A stretch of DNA of 43,706 bases from Octopus bimaculoides (taxonomy: Eukaryota). The translations under genes and the position numbers were made by a program. Positions within the stretch are counted from its first letter, which is position 1. Each line of letters opens with the position of its first letter. Location of the stretch: contig NC_068990.1 of NCBI RefSeq assembly GCF_001194135.2, forward strand, positions 66,037,707 through 66,081,412, given 5' to 3'. Below the pieces are notes generated by a model. It worked only from the letters and a program-made list of their open reading frames with translations, was not told where the DNA came from and ran no database searches. Positions 11,706 through 24,482 of the stretch are shown here, one piece after another.

Positions 11706-12364
11706 ACAGTAAATATACTATAAATGCCACAGTGACACCTGGAAAAGATAGGGTTTTCAGGAAAAGAAATCAACCAGCTAATACGAACCTTGCAATTATA
11801 ATTTGCAAGCGGAACAGTAAAACGATGCAGGAATTTTCTCAGCTTCAACTTGTGACATTGTTTTAGTTATCTACTTTCCAGTGATGGAGCATTGTATCTT
11901 TATTATGAACCACAAGGAGAATTCAAATAATTTAAAATACAAGAGAACATCCATTTACCGATAAAAACACAAATGCATACATATAAACTTATATACATAA
12001 ATACATACATATGATCATAATACATAAATCCATGCATACTGATGTCTATTTGCTGTGACCTGTTTTGTTAAGGAAATTTGAAGCGTATTTAATTGATTCA
12101 CAGGAAGACTGAAATACCTCCTGAACGACATAAAGGTAAATGCCAAAATTATGAATGGCATGAATAAGTGTTTCGACCTTCTTTTTATATTACCAATGAA
12201 TATAAGAATGGAGTTTAACAAAATAAATGTATTCCTTTATCATTGTAACATAAGAGAAAGCTACATATCAATAGAAACATCTGTTCATTGGCCTGACGTT
12301 TCGCACAATGCATGATGATGCACTGAAAATTTCCGAAAACGCTAAGTGTAAAAAGGGGTTTCGA

Positions 12365-13260
12365 CTGTCTTTACATTAATTAAAAGCAAAGAATCAGAAG
12401 CCTAACTTAAGCCCCAAACCTTTGTATGTCACATTATGTCTCTTGGACTGCCTCCACAACAAACCAAGCATCGAAGTGCATCAATGGAGAAAGAATTATC
12501 CTGAACGTCAGGGAGTCACTTCTGGTCTATTCTAACGATGCACTAGCGAGAAGTGCTTTGCTGAGAAGGTAGCATACATGGACAATCTCCTTACTGTGCC
12601 CTAAACAATGAAAGGGATAGAAAACTAAAACTTGTGTGGTGTAAACCTCCATTTAACCTAAATGTCTCAGCAATATACCCAAGAGTCTTCTAAAATTATA
12701 CAACATGTCTCTAGATCCCATAGATAACTTGAAATTTTTAATTCTCAAAATGTTATATATTTTTAGACAGCATCAATTCCCAAACCGCATGCTACAAGGG
12801 AAGCAAATACTCACACACTTCTTCTCAGACTCACCCCAGTCAACATCCGAAGTACTACAGACTTTCTGCTGGGAAGATCCTGCCTCTCAAAACCCTCTTT
12901 CTGTAGAGTTACTCTCACACTCCAAGATGGTCTATCTAGCGGGGTATTACACAGGCATGTCGACCAACGTCTGCAAAAGAAAATACTCACAGCCTTGGCA
13001 CTCCTACAGATGTAGGAAGAGGGAAAACACATCCACTTTGTCCTGCTTTATTCGGGAATTTCGCAACCACAGCACTACTTTCTCCAATGTCTAATGAGGT
13101 ATACTTAATAAGGACCCACCTTACTCCCCTGGGACTCGAATTTGCCAAATAATCAGCCTCCTAGAAAGGAAGCGCATAGTCAAACATGCTGCAGTAGCGA
13201 TCAATAGACAACCGATAATCCTGATATACCATTCTAGACGGGACTTGTTGTCACAACAGA
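12365..13260 (+). mobile_element. Penelope-like element 3' fragment (RT thumb to GIY-YIG endonuclease), decayed
   Basis: Frames give WCKPPFNLNVS (cf. the PLE W-x-NPPF motif), then KMVY...YYTGMSTNVCKRKY...NTSTLSCFIREFR (ORF 12705-13094) and GILNKDPPYSPGTRICQI, in the order expected for PLE linker plus GIY-YIG. Confidence 0.78.
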
Positions 13261-13319
13261 TTAACTTCTCCATTCCTGTATTTCATTGATTCCACAGACA
13301 CGCTACCCACATTCACGTC

Positions 13320-13750
13320 TTACACCACACTCTGATGGCATTCATCTGTTGTTGCTAAGATATTACTACACCTACGTGACCACGATAGACCATTGGGCAT
13401 TAGAGTCTTTAAATAACGTAAAAGCCGTCGCCGAACATCTGAGGAACTTGATATGACTGGCGTGTACTGGAGCTCCTGCCAACGAATTTGAGCGAGGAAT
13501 TGCGAAATCAAAACAGTTGCAGCAAAACAAAGGTCATAACAGTTGACGAAAGTTGGTGCTGCTGAATTTGCAGATGTAGAAGAGGTGAAGAAAAAAACAA
13601 CGAAGGTGTTAAAGGTATCACATCGTAAGATTTCTGGACCGATGGATTGCTTCAAATGGAGAATATATTGAAGGTGATAAAAGTGTAAAGATGTAAAACG
13701 AAGTGAATAAAATATTACAAAATTCTAGTTTCTTTGGGTACACCGCCATG
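13320..13750 (+). mobile_element. mariner transposon deletion derivative (HTH part joined to C-terminus, right TIR remnant)
   Basis: RRRTSEELDMTGVYWSSCQRI(L)SEELR..VAAK (second HTH region) runs almost directly into FADVEEVKKKTT...DRWIASNGEYIEGD (mariner C-terminus), then 'ttctagtttctttgggtacacc' (TIR-like). The catalytic domain is absent. Confidence 0.75.
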
Positions 13751-14394
13751 CATATAGACATACATACATACATACATGCATACATACATACAGGAACTCC
13801 AGGGCATTAACCTTTAGTGGGAATCTTCCTGTTCGTTCTATTAACATTTAGAAGCACATATTTTCTTAGAGTCAACTTACATAGATAACTTACTTGCAGC
13901 TTTTTCTTGTATATTTTCTACACATTATTAATATTTTTGTTTTATTTCATTTTAAATCTAATTCCTTCGAAGAAACGTGAGGCTACAACAGCTCTTACGT
14001 ACACATCGCAGACGCAGAGACACACATACACACACACACACACGCAGACATAGGCATACGCTCTCAGATAGACGTTGATAATATGCACACACAGCGAACA
14101 AGTATTCACGCTCATATATTCAGGAATAGGTATGTATATTTCCTTTCAATTTTCACTTTAAATCGTTAGCGGGCATGCGTCCACATAAGCGCGCTCTGCA
14201 CAACACATATAGGCAGAAAATAATCATTTCCGATGAGAAATTCCTATTTCAATACCTAACAGATTTAAAAACGCATTTGCACTCAGCCACATTCCGACAC
14301 ATAATACAAACATGCGCACTCACGTGAAAATTAGATGCCCACCACTACAGATACTGAAATATTAACATTCTATGTTTGCATCGGCTGACATATG

Positions 14395-14397
14395 CTT

Positions 14398-14451
<54 letters not shown>

Positions 14452-14770
14452 GCATATATATACATACAATATATATACACTATGTATATGTAAATATGTG
14501 TACATACATATATGTATGTAAGTATTTATATATGTATACACACGCATTTATATACATATACATGTATATATACACACATATATACATTTATATACATATA
14601 TATGTATGCATATATATATATATACATATATATATGCATACATATATATATATATACATACATGTACATCTATATATACGTACATATATATATATACATA
14701 CGTATATGTATATACATACACATACATGTAAATATGTATCTCCCCCTTCTCTCTCTCTCTCTTTTTCTCT
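14395..14770. repeat. (TA)n/(TACA)n degenerate tract plus (CT)n
   Basis: Direct reading. Confidence 0.95.
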
Positions 14771-15209
14771 TTTGCTCTTTCCTTCTCTGATTCGTACATG
14801 CACACATGCATGGAAAACCACAGTCGTACCGATGCATATATACTTTATTTCACACTGACATATATTTTTATCAAACTTTTTCGCATACTCCCATATATAA
14901 ATACGATCGTAGACTTCGAAGAACCCTTTAGCTTGATTCGAAGCAGTGTATTAGATTGAATATTTTAGCGATATACACACGTTCCTTAAGAACACATAGA
15001 TTCTCTTCTACATTCCATAAATATAGGCACAAAATGCACATGTGCATCTGTCTGTGTGTCTGTCGTTACGTATGCATGTATTTATGTATGTAAGTATGTA
15101 TGTATTTACATATGCATGTATGTATGTATCTCTATCTATTTATCTAGTTATAGAAACAATTTAGTTTGTAGTTGGAGAATTACTCCATACTTTCTGTGAA
15201 GTATATATT

Positions 15210-15249
<40 letters not shown>

Positions 15250-15958
15250 NNNNNNNNNNNNNNNNNNNNNNNNNNNNNNNNNNNNNNNNNNNNNNNNNNN
15301 NNNNNNNNNNNNNNNNNNNNNNNNNNNNNNNNNNNNNNNNNNNNNNNNNNNNNNNNNNNNNNNNNNNNNNNNNNNNNNNNNNNNNNNNNNNNNNNNNNNN
15401 NNNNNNNNNNNNNNNNNNNNNNNNNNNNNNNNNNNNNNNNNNNNNNNNNNNNNNNNNNNNNNNNNNNNNNNNNNNNNNNNNNNNNNNNNNNNNNNNNNNN
15501 NNNNNNNNNNNNNNNNNNNNNNNNNNNNNNNNNNNNNNNNNNNNNNNNNNNNNNNNNNNNNNNNNNNNNNNNNNNNNNNNNNNNNNNNNNNNNNNNNNNN
15601 NNNNNNNNNNNNNNNNNNNNNNNNNNNNNNNNNNNNNNNNNNNNNNNNNNNNNNNNNNNNNNNNNNNNNNNNNNNNNNNNNNNNNNNNNNNNNNNNNNNN
15701 NNNNNNNNNNNNNNNNNNNNNNNNNNNNNNNNNNNNNNNNNNNNNNNNNNNNNNNNNNNNNNNNNNNNNNNNNNNNNNNNNNNNNNNNNNNNNNNNNNNN
15801 NNNNNNNNNNNNNNNNNNNNNNNNNNNNNNNNNNNNNNNNNNNNNNNNNNNNNNNNNNNNNNNNNNNNNNNNNNNNNNNNNNNNNNNNNNNNNNNNNNNN
15901 NNNNNNNNNNNNNNNNNNNNNNNNNATATGTATGTATGTATATTCATATGTACATATG

Positions 15959-16014
<56 letters not shown>

Positions 16015-16150
16015 CATACAAACACACACACACATATACATACATAACTATGTCTATGCGTGTAATATATGTACTTGTACGTAAATATGTTTGTATTCAT
16101 ACTTGAATGCATTTAATAGAATATCTCTCTATCTCTCTACTATTTATTTA

Positions 16151-17128
16151 GGAATAGGGTTAGCATTTTAGTTTGGCGTTCGTAAATCATCCATGTCTCG
16201 CAGTTGTACAGTAGCTTTGGTTGTTCAGCTGCTTGGTACACCTTCAGCTTGGTGGCCAACCTAATGTCTCTCCTCTTCCACTCCTATTCACGTAGCCGCC
16301 CGAATGCTGAGCTTCCGGTTCCACATAAGGCTTCTCCGGGGCATGTTGGTGCATGATGTCTTGTCTTCTGAGTACTGAATGTGAGACCAATGTTGTCGTA
16401 GGCAGTGAAAAAGCAGTTCATTCTCTGCTACATCTGAAACTCTTGGTGGCGTTACATGAGTTGACATTTGTGAACAGGAAATCGCGCACAGTGTCGTTTT
16501 CTTCCCGGGCTTGGCCTGCTGTCTCCGTACGTTGACGAGTCTGCCATCCGTCCTGAATCTGATCTTGATACTGGCTTTATCGACGTTGCAAAGGCATCCG
16601 ACTCCATGGCTGAGAACATCATGCTGAATGGCGTAGGTGCGAGTACAAAGCCCTGCTTGACACTATTAGTGACAAAGAATGCGTCGGAAGAATGTTCACT
16701 ATTCAGTACTTGAGCGAGTATGTTGTCGTGTATCTGACGCACTATGCTGATGAATTCGTCCGAGCAGCCGAAGTTTCCTATGATCTTCCAGAGTACCTCA
16801 CGACCGACGATGTCAATGGCCACAGTTGAATTAAAATAAAAAAGTCATGTACAGATCGCTGTTCTGTTCCTGACATTTCTGTCGTTGACGTGCCGCAAAT
16901 ATGTGGTCTAACCCACGTCTGTCTTAGAAATCCCACTCATTTTCTGGAAGATGCCCGCCTTTCATGCGCTGCGTAAGGCAGATAAGGAGGACTTTTGCGA
17001 GTATTATGTCAGCTATGGGAAGGAGCTAAATTCTTCGGTGGTTGGCATAAGGAAGCCTGCTTTTCTTTCTCTTGTAAAGATGGACAGCAGAAGCATATCT
17101 GAGCTCCTGAGGAATAGTTTGCTGGCGC
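16151..17128 (-). mobile_element. RTE/BovB-like LINE, reverse transcriptase segment (inverted 5' part)
   Basis: Minus frames: QTIPQELRYASAVHLYKRK; IADIILAKVLL; FAARQRQKCQEQNSDLYMTF; DIVGREVLWKIIGNFGCSDEFISIVRQIHD...VTNSVKQGFVLAPTPFSMMFSAM; GSSAFGRL..WKRRDIRLATKLKVYQA...CETW. These are typical RTE-clade RT motifs, with frameshifts and a ~40-codon internal deletion after KPYVEP. Confidence 0.93.
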
Positions 17129-17132
17129 TGCA

Positions 17133-17630
17133 AGGTCCTCTCTCGAGCTGATCTGCCAAGCATCTACATATTGTTTAGGAGATCACAAGTCAGGTGGGCA
17201 GGCCACCTTGTTCAAATGCCTGCGAGGCCACTCCCCAAGAGACTGTTTTACAGTGAATTGGCGGAAGGCTAGTGTACAGAAGGCAGACGGAAAAGCGTTT
17301 GAAGAATGCACTCAAAAGCTCCACTGAAGAACTATGAGATCAACCCCGACACCTGGGAAACAAAGCACAAGACCTTGCAGCCTGGCAAAGCGGTGCCAAG
17401 CGGTACCACCTGCTACAGACAAAACAGGTTTGCAGGGCCACAAAGAGATCACGAACTGTGGCGGTCCACAGCCAATACTTTGCGTTTAGTCTGATCCAGC
17501 AAGCTGCCTGTCCCCAACCTGCGGAAGACCCTTCTGAGCACGAATCGGACCTATCGCCCATAGCCGAATATACGAGGACCCATCTTCTCCATGTGATATC
17601 CTTGGTTATCGTCGACAACGACGGAGGAAC
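17133..17630 (+). mobile_element. RTE/BovB-like LINE C-terminus and 3' UTR (non-inverted part)
   Basis: VLSRADLPSIYILFRRSQVRWAGHLVQMPARPLPKRLFYSELAEG; YEINPDTWE; CPTCGRPF..RIGPIAH (C-terminal zinc-knuckle-like); 3' end 'ttatcgtcgacaacgacggaggaac' followed by (TATC)n. Confidence 0.93.
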
Positions 17631-17633
17631 TTG

Positions 17634-17704
<71 letters not shown>

Positions 17705-17990
17705 ACATACATACATACATACATGCATAAGTATATACATACATTACGTATACTACATACACATACATGCGTACACACAAATACGCGCGCACACACATAC
17801 ATACACATATTTTTGCTTTTGCTTATTTGTGTCTCGTACACACACAAGTATGTGTGTGAATGTACGTGTATGTATGTGTGTGTGTATGTATGTATGTATG
17901 TATGTATGTATGTATGTATGTATGTATGTGTGTATGTATGTATGTGTGTATGTATGTATGTATGTATATATGGATGTATATATGTATGCG
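17634..17990. repeat. (TATC)n(TACA)n...(TATG)n compound microsatellite
   Basis: Direct reading. TATC run at 17634-17704. Confidence 0.96.
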
Positions 17991-18748
17991 TGCAAGCGAC
18001 GCTTGCATCTGCGAGTGAATCATGTGAAGTAATTCTCTGTATTTAGTTAGCAAGGCGACAAGACACTTGAAACTTTGTAAGCGAAGACGTCACAGACAGA
18101 TTGCACGACTATTTACCATGGAAACTCAGTATTAGCACTTTACATATAAATAATCAAATGTTATTATCATACATAGAGGAAAAGACCATTTTTGACAGAT
18201 TTTACCATTCTGTTCAATAGATTTCTTCCCAAATAGTCCACTAAAATTGGCCCTTCGTCGAATATACCAAGACAACGAATATTTTTTATCATGCACAATA
18301 GATACATTTTTTTTTTATATAAATGCGTAGACGATTTGGTTCATAAGTCTTACATGAAAATAGAGTCAATTTTAGCAGTAAGTGAGTATAGAATTTAGCA
18401 GCCTCGAATCTTGGATGAGTTAAAGATAAATTTAACATTTAAGAACTACATTCAACGTCAAACGAAGATTTAAAGCTATTAAGCATTGTTCTTCGGTGAG
18501 TTTGAATATATATTGAGAACAGTCACTTAGAGTATAGTAGGCAAAGGGAGTGGGGGAATGTAGGATGAATGGGACTGAGGGCATATTTGACAGTTACTAG
18601 ATGGAGTGACGAGTTTCACAACCTATTATGGAGAGAAAGCATTTATCACTTTTGTTATCTTATTTTGCAATATAACATCCATTGTTCTGTTTGTTGTTTG
18701 TTGTTGCACTTGTTACATTTCTTTTGTCGCATTGACGTCATCATGGTA

Positions 18749-18752
18749 TGTC

Positions 18753-18798
<46 letters not shown>

Positions 18799-18838
18799 CA
18801 GATAGATATATAGATAGATAGATAGATAGATAGAGACA
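18749..18838. repeat. fold-back (TATC)n/(GATA)n microsatellite
   Basis: tgtctc(tatc)n-ca-(gata)n-gagaca, in which the two arms are reverse complements. Confidence 0.9.
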
Positions 18839-19378
18839 GACAGACATATGTATGTATATATATATATANNNNNNNNNNNNNNNNNNNNNNNNNNNNNNNN
18901 NNNNNNNNNNNNNNNNNNNNNNNNNNNNNNNNNNNNNNNNNNNNNNNNNNNNNNNNNNNNNNNNNNNNNNNNNNNNNNNNNNNNNNNNNNNNNNNNNNNN
19001 NNNNNNNNNNNNNNNNNNNNNNNNNNNNNNNNNNNNNNNNNNNNNNNNNNNNNNNNNNNNNATATATATATATATATATATATATATAAAGAGGGAGGGA
19101 TGTATAAATAAATACATATTTATACATACACACAGAGAGTTGTAGATGGGCGCATATAATATTGTGGATATATGTATAAATGGGCATATTCAATTAAGAA
19201 TATCTCTCAAAATTCTTCACAAATTTATTTTCCATACATTATCTTGAAAAGAACTTACTAAATCCTTCTCTTAGTTTTATATAAACGAATATAAAATTAT
19301 CCAGGGTACTTGAATAATAAACACACTTAGAGACATACACATACACACCCACACACACATCACGCACACACACATATG

Positions 19379-19410
<32 letters not shown>

Positions 19411-19489
19411 TGTATGTATGCATGCATGCATGTATATATGCTAGTGTGTGTACACGTGTGTGCGTGTGCGTGCATGTGTGTGTATTTCA

Positions 19490-20330
19490 GTTGTAGTGAT
19501 CCTAAGAAACAGTTGTTAGATGTCAGTATACTTATATTTCACAGTAACCCATCAGGTCAGTTACAGAGCGAATTATCACTAAATACATACATGACAAAAG
19601 AGCAGGAGTTACATAATCACTTCCATTATCTTATGGCTCTTTTTACCGTAAGTAAACGTACGCCCAGAGTTCAGTCTCAATGAGATATCTTAAAGCTTTC
19701 TCGGATTCATTTGTATGGAGTGTTTCTTTATTGCAGAAATCGCATAAATATGCAAGAATGGGTGCATCGCGATATACATGAAATAAAATACACTTTTATA
19801 TGTATTAAAGTTCATAACAGTAGGATGTGATTACAATAACGTTATTGCTTCTCTGCAGTTGTAGTCGCTTCTGTGCATTTGTTGCTGCTGTTATTGAAGA
19901 TCCATATTAATTTCTTTATGTCGCTATTATTCTTAGTTTTCATTCCATTATAGTAATTGTAAGTCAATAAAACTTGGTACCAGGATTCTTCCTATCAATA
20001 TTTTTCTCCAGTTCCCTTACAAATACTTCTTAAGGAAGGAGTCATTGCAGAATCTGCAGACAAGAGATATTTCGAGGTATATTGTCGAACCAAATAACCA
20101 CGTGACATTTTATTAGGTCCCATAACTTTCTTGTTTCAAATCTCGCTGGTGTGAACATTATTATTATACGTATCAGTGAAAGAAGCACCAATTAAATTCT
20201 GATGAACATTTATTTCAATCAGCACCGCATACCGATATTTTAAAACTTTTGCCCATGTAACGGTGGACTCCGCGTGAATATTACAGAAGAATTTGTACAA
20301 ATCATTTGCTTATAGTCATCAAATGTTTGT
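19490..20330 (-). mobile_element. possible highly decayed Penelope-like 3' fragment
   Basis: Minus frames give HVVIWFDNIPRNIS, TYNYYNGMKTKNNSDIKKLI, DYNCRE and FCHVCI, in the PLE order (W-F-NPPF, YSCM.N, CNCR, CNLCL). Low identity. Confidence 0.42.
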
Positions 20331-20399
20331 GCTGTATATTAGCTCACTTTCTCCATCAAATTGACACTACTTGCACAGATCACGAAGAGTTGCGTGAAA

Positions 20400-20512
20400 G
20401 CTAGTGTTTTTTTTAATCAAGAACACAACGCACCGCCCTGTCTGGGTATAAAAACCAAGATCTTGCGAATGTGAGTGCTCATGCTTACTACTTGACCATG
20501 CACCTTCACAAC
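20400..20512 (-). mobile_element. SINE family C head
   Basis: 'agtgttttttttaatcaagaacacaacgcaccgccc...aaaccaagatcttgcgaatgtgagtgc...ctacttgaccatgcacc' is the reverse complement of the family C head. Confidence 0.75.
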
Positions 20513-20535
20513 TCTTGTAATATACCTGTATTTCA

Positions 20536-20690
20536 GGTGATGAATTGGCAGAAGCTATTGAGATGTGGAGACCTCTTTATGTTCGAATTCAAATTCTGCT
20601 CAGTTCGATTCACTTTTCATTTTACCACGGTCGATGAAGTATAGAACCAGTTGTGTGTTGATCTCCTGCCCATATCAGAAATCGCTATTA
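20536..20690 (+). mobile_element. SINE family A (internally deleted)
   Basis: 'ggtgatgaattggcagaagc' (A-box-like), 'gttcgaattcaaattc' (B-box-like), 'ggtcgatgaagtatagaaccagttg'. Confidence 0.72.
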
Positions 20691-21603
20691 TTATGAGTGT
20701 GTGTGTGTGTGTGTAAGGTAAATTTCCAAATTAGGTTGGTAGGGATATACAATCCTAGCAGGTATCGTATTCACTTTGACCGGTTAATAATGTAGAAAAA
20801 CTTCAGTTAGTTTACTTTACTTTGCTCAGTAGATCTTCACAACGGTAAATCCATATATTTCTATAGAGACTGCATGTTGTCAGGTAGAGAATAAATAATA
20901 AATTTATAAGTAAGGAGACCAGAGATTTATATATCCAATTTTCTTCTGCAGTCAATCACGTTTTTCCATTTCTGCACCTTCATATGTTTCTGCTGCAGCT
21001 CAGTGCTCTCTACAAAATTTTGCATCTTGATGTGCATTTTGGTGTTAATTGTTGCTTCTTCAGCGTGCATTTCAGACCCATCTGGACCAGATACAAGTTC
21101 AGCGAAAATATTTCATACACGTGGTGTTCATATTCTAAAAATAATTTAAATTCTGACATTTTCAACTCTGCTGGTTAGAAAAACAAGTAACTAGCTGTCC
21201 AAGAATGTGTCAGTAGTCATCAAATGTATTTTATCCTTCGAGAAATGGAAAATTGTGATTGAATACAGAATAAACTAGATATATAAATCCTTGTTCTCGT
21301 TAATCATTAATTTATATATATATTACTCTGGCAATTACGAGAGGAAGAGAGTCCATACTGGATTGCATGGAAAATACTTGGGAACCAAGGCACCTGCATC
21401 ACCTCAGACATGCTAGAAACGACAGGTAAAGAAGAGGATTCCTGGGAAAATTTTCTGTTAAGTTTATATCGAAGATCATATTCTTAAATAAGCTCATCAC
21501 AAACACGAATTACAGAATAGAAAAGGGTAATTTCAATTGGATTTGATCCGCAATTTTGCGCGTGCACACAATAAGAAATAGCATTTCAAGCAGAAGTTTT
21601 ACC

Positions 21604-21604
<1 letters not shown>

Positions 21605-21639
<35 letters not shown>

Positions 21640-21750
21640 NNNNNNNNNNNNNNNNNNNNNNNNNNNNNNNNNNNNNNNNNNNNNNNNNNNNNNNNNNNNN
21701 NNNNNNNNNNNNNNNNNNNGAGAGAGAAAGTGTGTGTGTGTGTGTGTGTA
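21605..21750. repeat. (AG)n / gap / (GT)n
   Basis: Direct reading. Confidence 0.95.
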
Positions 21751-22057
21751 TTTGTGTGTGCCAAAGGAATATATTTTATGGCATTCTTTCGTTTGATCCA
21801 GCTAAGTTGCCAACTTGATCATATGGTCGATCATATGGGATCATATGATTGTTCGTTAATTTTCGTAAAATATTTTATTTCTTTATGCTTTGAAGACAGC
21901 AGAAATTGAGAGAGGAGAAAGGAAAAAGGCGGCATTTGCTTTGAAGTGAGAGCGAGAAATTGAAAGATGTACGTACGTGTACATGAAATAGAGGTGTGTG
22001 TGCATGTGTGTTTGTGCGTGAGAGAGAGAGATAGAGAGAGAGAGAGAAAGAGAGAGC

Positions 22058-22090
<33 letters not shown>

Positions 22091-22680
22091 AGTGAAGGTG
22101 TGTGTTGGTTTGTATGTATTTTATTGCACGTATGTGTAAGTGGAACTCAATCGCTTTCTCTCTACCTCTCTCTCTGTCTGTGTTACACACACACATTATC
22201 TTTTATATGCTCGTACATAAAAACATATACATATATTTTTTGTATGCATGTGTGCGTGTGTATGTGAAATAGAGTGAGTGACTGTATTTCCTGAACATAT
22301 TGAGAAACGGATGTATTTTAATGAAATTTTTCTGGTTGTGGCTTATTTGATACAATATTTATGTGTAAATTTTCATAAATGTTTATCTGGGTAGAATTCT
22401 ACATAAATCGAAAATTGCTCAAAAATGACCTCAAAATTGTGCGACCCGACCTCGTTTCCGAGGTTATTTTAGATGTAAAAAAAGAGTTGTTGTGCCAAAA
22501 ACATAGTTTATTTGGTAGCCTTTATACATGTAGATAGACGAGAAGTATCTTTCTTTACATATAATACACATGTGATTAATTCGGAGAAACATTATTTTCA
22601 TTATTCACACATCGTCACTCTCGTAATGCAACACTTTGTATTTTGGTTCAAATTGAAAGTGTGAAACTACTTTCACAAAA

Positions 22681-22760
22681 AGCTCGATAGAATAGGTTCC
22701 AGGCTTCAAGGTAGTACCCCAGCATGGCCACAGTCTAATGACTGAAACAAACGAAGGAAT
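22681..22760 (+). mobile_element. SINE family B tail fragment
   Basis: 'gatagaatagg...cttcaaggtagtaccccagcatggccacagtctaatgactgaaacaa'. Confidence 0.75.
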
Positions 22761-22847
22761 ATACATAGATGCATGCATATATATATATATTTTTTTGTGT
22801 TTTTTTTGAAACTATATATATATATATTTTTGTGTTTATTTTAAAAC

Positions 22848-22907
<60 letters not shown>

Positions 22908-23002
22908 NNNNNNNNNNNNNNNNNNNNNNNNNNNNNNNNNNNNNNNNNNNNNNNNNNNNNNNNNNNNNNNNNNNNNNNNNNNNNNNNNNNNNNNNNNNNN
23001 NN

Positions 23003-23044
<42 letters not shown>

Positions 23045-23322
23045 ATATGTTTTTATATTATTAATAAATTCATGAACTTATCAATAATATACTCAGGAAA
23101 TCAATATTTAATATTTCGAAAAACATACGTCCAATATGACACGGCAACATAATAAATTTAAAATTTAAAATATAAATATACGAAATATAAATATCAATAT
23201 GTATAAAAATCTGAATGTAGATAAATATACGTTTATTTCCTCAAAATAATTGAGCACTCAATATAAGTTCAGTTATATATTCTCTTAGAATATTACTTAT
23301 AAAAGTTATACATGTATATATG

Positions 23323-23363
<41 letters not shown>

Positions 23364-23388
23364 GTATATATGTATATATATGTATATA

Positions 23389-23429
<41 letters not shown>

Positions 23430-23699
23430 TTATTAGTGTGAGTGTGTGTATGTGTGTATGTGCATAAAGTCAATGGGTGAAAGCTATGGAATATCATTTA
23501 ATTCTTTAATTACGTTCGTTTCTAAGAATCCAGCTTATACATGTTTAATGCCCTTCTTTGATTATCTTATATACATACATACGTACGTATGCACGTCCAT
23601 ACATATATATATACGCGCACGCATACACACACATACACCACCTCACACACACATTATGAAGAAAAACAGCTAAAGTGAGTTAAAATGAGTAGTGTGTGA

Positions 23700-23895
23700 G
23701 AGGGACTAAATGCCTTGCGGTGTATAACTATGTTGTTTTGCGTTAATGAATTCAAATCTCATCGGGGGTTGATTTTGCCTTTATCCTTTTCATGATCGAT
23801 AAAATAAGTACAAATAAGTTACTGCGGTTAATTACATTAGGTAGAACGTCTCCCTAAATTCCTCTCCTTATGTAAATATAACCAATCAGTGCTGG
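23700..23895 (+). mobile_element. SINE family A, decayed
   Basis: 'aaatgccttgcggt...gaattcaaatctc...gttgattttgcctttatccttt...gatcgataaaataagtac'. Confidence 0.72.
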
Positions 23896-23959
23896 CAAAA
23901 TATATTTTATAGCTCTAAATTATTTTTATTGTTGCCCGTTACTGAAACACCATGCCTAC

Positions 23960-24024
23960 CTTCAGCTCTCTCTCTCTCTCTTTCTCTCTCTCCCTTTCTC
24001 TCTCTCTCTTTCAATATCTCCCTT

Positions 24025-24057
<33 letters not shown>

Positions 24058-24104
24058 CTTTCTTTCTTTCTCTCTCTCTCTTTCTCTCTTTCTATCTCTC
24101 TCTT

Positions 24105-24192
<88 letters not shown>

Positions 24193-24437
24193 ACTCTATT
24201 CCTCTGTCACTTTCTGTGTGTCTCTTTGTTTATGTACCTATCTCTTTATCTGTCTCTTTCATTGTACCCATCTCACACTGTGTCTCACTGCATCTCTCTT
24301 TCTTCCTCTCTCTCTTTGTCTGTCTATCTATGTATCTGTATGTCTGTCTGTCTCTCTTCTTACTGTTCCCTTACTTTGGACTCTTCATATTCTCTGACTT
24401 TTCCTCTTTTTTGCCCTTCTTTATCTCTGCCGCTCTC

Positions 24438-24440
<3 letters not shown>
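23960..24440. repeat. (CT)n/(CTTT)n polypyrimidine tract
   Basis: Direct reading. Confidence 0.95.

Positions 24441-24482
<42 letters not shown>

Noticed and set aside
13320-13655. 111-aa minus-strand ORF that looks protein-like
   Set aside because: It is the antisense of the mariner remnant on the plus strand.
16748-16775. CTGATGA hammerhead box
   Set aside because: It lies inside the RTE RT coding sequence, is followed by GAAG rather than GAAA, and has no stems.
20890-21110. Minus-strand ~69-codon open frame containing SGPDG
   Set aside because: No recognisable family and no convincing splice pair. It could be a LINE trace but is unsupported.
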